39,584 nt of DNA from an uncultured Slackia sp. (GTDB lineage Bacteria > Actinomycetota > Coriobacteriia > Coriobacteriales > Eggerthellaceae), in NCBI GenBank assembly GCA_964560045.1, contig CAZLKG010000001.1, forward strand, positions 619-40,202, read 5' to 3'. The translations under genes and the position numbers were made by a program. This document shows, one piece after another, positions 37,004 to 39,584 of the stretch. The notes beneath the pieces were generated by a model. That model was not told where the DNA came from. It ran no database searches and saw nothing but the letters and a program-made list of their open reading frames with translations. Every line of letters begins with the position of its first letter. Within the stretch, counting starts at the first letter, position 1.

Positions 37004-39584
37004 TTATGCCTTCTCGATATTGACAAGGAACGCCTTGTATTCTGGAGTCTGCGAATTGGGATCGGCCACGTTGGGCGTCAGATCATTGACCAGGCTATCG
37101 CTTGCGCCAAAGACACCCGCCCAGCCGTAATGGTGTGTCAAGAATACCTGATGCTGCGACTGGCCGTTTACGGTGAGCGGCTTTAAGCGCTTGGTGACAA
37201 CAGCATCTACCACAGCTGATCCGCGGTTGTTCCACACACGCACCTTGTCGCCACCGGAGATGCCTTTTTCCTCCGCCAGCTCTTCGGAGATTTCCACGAA
37301 CTGCGTCGGCATTGCCTCAACAAGCGCCGGGCATGAACGCGTCTGTCCGCCGGTCTGCCACATCTCGGTGACCGAGCCGGTCGTCGCGACTAAGGGATAG
37401 TCCTCCACGGAGCCTTGTTCGATAGAATCGAAATCCTTGCCCAGATAGACCGGATTGTTGAGCGCTCCGTTCATGATGTTCTCGGACAGCGGAGTCTCAA
37501 CGGGCTCATAATGCTCGGGCAGGGGGCCGTCCACCATGCCGTAGCTCTCCAGACGAGCGTTTTGCTCCCACAGCATGAAGAAGGCATTGTTGTTGGGGGG
37601 CACCGGAACGCCGTCCGTCGCCGACGTAAAGTCGCCCGCATCTACCAGATTCCATTCTTCGCCCGTCCACTCTACAAGCGTACGATCGGAATTCCACGGC
37701 TTGCCTTCAGGATCGGCAGATGCGCGGTTGTAGAGGATGCGACGGTTGTTAGGCCACGCGTAGGCCCAATTGGAGTAGAGCGCAAGTCCGCTCTCGTCGG
37801 TATTGTCGCGACGCGCAATGGGCTGCTCTGCCGGGTCGAGCGGAGCATCGTTGTTGGTCCAAAAACCCGAATAGATCCACATCGCGCACGCCGTGGTTCC
37901 GTCAGCCTGCAGATTAGCGTAGCCCGAAAGCAGGTCTATTTGCGCCTCATCGGACGTCGCCTCGCAGCTCGACCCTTCAATTGTGTAGCCGTTGAGTGCC
38001 CAGGCCACCGAACGTGCATCGATCTTACCGTCGATGTAGTAATCCCACTTAGCGTTAAGGATAGGCTCGGGATTAGCGCCGCCTTCCTGCTCATACAGCT
38101 CAACGATGGCCTTCCACAGCAGATCCGCAATCTCCAAGTCGGGCTTGGAATCGCCCCAAGGCTCAACGGCCTTAAAGCGCCATTGAACCCAGCGACCGGA
38201 GTTCGCAATGGTTCCCGGCTTCTCGTAGATGAGCGCACAGGGAAGGAAGTAGACCTCGGTGTCTATCTCCTCCGGGGTCATGTCCGGTGCTTTCCAGAAA
38301 GAAGCTGCCTCTGTCTCAACCTGATCGACAACCACAAGCCAATCAAGGTTGGCCATGGATCGGCGGACATTACCGGTGTTCGGCGCGGAGTGGCAGGGGT
38401 TCATACCCCAGTTGAAGTAGCCCTTGACAACCCCTTCCTTCATGAGCTCGAAGGTGGAGACGTGCGAGACATCGTTGGCGGGGACTTTCGGCCACCAATC
38501 ATAGCCGTAGTCGTTGTCCACAGTGGCGTTATCGCCCCACCACTCCTTCAAGCTGGAGATGAGGAACTTTGGCTTGTTGGTGTAATAGCCCGACGCATAG
38601 GTCTCACTCTCGAGCCAGTTGCGCAGACTCGAGCGACCGCTTGTGTTTGGCCATTTCAAATAGGCAGGATGCTCATTAACAAGCATTCCCATATCGGTTG
38701 CACCCTGTACGTTGGGCTCGCCGCGCAGCGCCGCTACGCCGCCACCCGCAACACCAACATTGCCCAACAGCAACTGGAGCACGCTCATCGCGCGGGTGTT
38801 CTGCGCGCCGTAGGTGTGCTGCGTCTGACCGAGCGCGTATAAGATAACGCCGGACTTCTCGGGAGCCGCCGAGGAAGTGAAGGTTGAGTAGACCAACTCG
38901 AGCGTTTCGCTATCCATGCCGCAGATGGAGCACACGGTATCTATGTCGTAGCGTGAATAATGCGTCTTGAACTGCTGGTAAACGCACATCGGATCCTGAA
39001 GAGTCATGTCGCGCGCCGGCGTCTCGATTGTCGGCGGGGTGAACTCCGGAACGCCATCGGCTACGGCCCAGGCGTACGTGCCCCCTTCCGAGGTGTCCCA
39101 CTCGCCTTCAGACTCGATCTGATAGTGCCACGACGACGTGTCGTAGGAACCGCTTTCCTCGTCCCAACCCGAGAATAGACCCGTCTCGGGATCAAAGGAG
39201 TACTCGGGATCGAGCAGATAGCTTGCGTTGGTGTAATTGAGCAGATAGCTGAAGTTATAGTCGGCAACTTCCTCGCCTGCAAGGTAGGCATCGAGATTAG
39301 GTTCAATGAGATTCTCGATGATGTACTTGTACATGCCGCCGTAGAAAGCGATATCGGTTCCAGGACGGATGGGACAGTAGATATCGGCCTGCTCAGCCGT
39401 ACGAGTGTAGCGAGGATCTACCACAATCCACTTGGCTCCCCGCTCATGAGCACGATGAAGCCATTTGGCACTAACAGGATGGTTCTCGACGCTGTTAGAT
39501 CCGATATTCATGATGACATCGGCATTTTGAAAATCGCACCAGTGCGTTGTCATGGATCCACGACCAAATGATGCCGCCAGACCG
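37004..39584 (-). CDS. fdnG: Formate dehydrogenase-N type molybdo/tungstopterin alpha subunit, 5' part outside window
   Basis: Frame open to window edge (GLAASFGRGSMTTHW); GSNSVENHP, VVDPRYTRTA, YALGQTQH, ALRGEPNVQG, EKPG...NSGRW.QWR, WPNNRRILYNRAS, TPEYKAFLVNIEKA. Confidence 0.95.
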   Translation of the reverse strand, partial: GLAASFGRGSMTTHWCDFQNADVIMNIGSNSVENHPVSAKWLHRAHERGAKWIVVDPRYTRTAEQADIYCPIRPGTDIAFYGGMYKYIIENLIEPNLDAYLAGEEVADYNFSYLLNYTNASYLLDPEYSFDPETGLFSGWDEESGSYDTSSWHYQIESEGEWDTSEGGTYAWAVADGVPEFTPPTIETPARDMTLQDPMCVYQQFKTHYSRYDIDTVCSICGMDSETLELVYSTFTSSAAPEKSGVILYALGQTQHTYGAQNTRAMSVLQLLLGNVGVAGGGVAALRGEPNVQGATDMGMLVNEHPAYLKWPNTSGRSSLRNWLESETYASGYYTNKPKFLISSLKEWWGDNATVDNDYGYDWWPKVPANDVSHVSTFELMKEGVVKGYFNWGMNPCHSAPNTGNVRRSMANLDWLVVVDQVETEAASFWKAPDMTPEEIDTEVYFLPCALIYEKPGTIANSGRWVQWRFKAVEPWGDSKPDLEIADLLWKAIVELYEQEGGANPEPILNAKWDYYIDGKIDARSVAWALNGYTIEGSSCEATSDEAQIDLLSGYANLQADGTTACAMWIYSGFWTNNDAPLDPAEQPIARRDNTDESGLALYSNWAYAWPNNRRILYNRASADPEGKPWNSDRTLVEWTGEEWNLVDAGDFTSATDGVPVPPNNNAFFMLWEQNARLESYGMVDGPLPEHYEPVETPLSENIMNGALNNPVYLGKDFDSIEQGSVEDYPLVATTGSVTEMWQTGGQTRSCPALVEAMPTQFVEISEELAEEKGISGGDKVRVWNNRGSAVVDAVVTKRLKPLTVNGQSQHQVFLTHHYGWAGVFGASDSLVNDLTPNVADPNSQTPEYKAFLVNIEKA

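Noticed and set aside
37415-38842. 475-aa plus-strand ORF
   Set aside because: Antisense shadow of fdnG; no recognisable motifs

Overview
Bacterial chromosomal window. Gene content points to an anaerobic Coriobacteriia/Eggerthellaceae-like actinobacterium (multi-TM LuxR beside a Tat flavin reductase, FdnGHI, CaiA/CaiB homologues); this taxonomy is an inference. Layout: (1) 3' end of hpf. (2) A ~12 kb catabolic locus with AT-rich promoters: MFS and DASS transporters, AiiA-type metallo-lactonase, CaiB-type CoA transferase, three acyl-CoA dehydrogenase homologues, TetR and an acyl-CoA ligase. (3) A TM-LuxR/Tat flavoprotein pair. (4) A polar amino acid ABC transporter downstream of a KamA-family radical SAM aminomutase with altered substrate-binding residues. 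(5) SanA-like gene, leuS, a family 1 encapsulin with ferritin-like cargo, a coiled-coil/RlpA-like protein, guaB, M18 aminopeptidase, rlmB and an NYN RNase. (6) An SCA-motif P1B ATPase operon divergent from a membrane-anchored HMA protein. (7) Formate dehydrogenase gamma, beta and a 5'-truncated alpha subunit that is probably a selenoprotein. Best novelty candidates are the CoA-dependent lactonase/ACAD locus (one ACAD lacks both canonical catalytic glutamates) and the probable non-lysine aminomutase. No rRNA, tRNA, CRISPR array or transposase/integrase was recognised. All calls come from reading motifs by eye; no searches were run.
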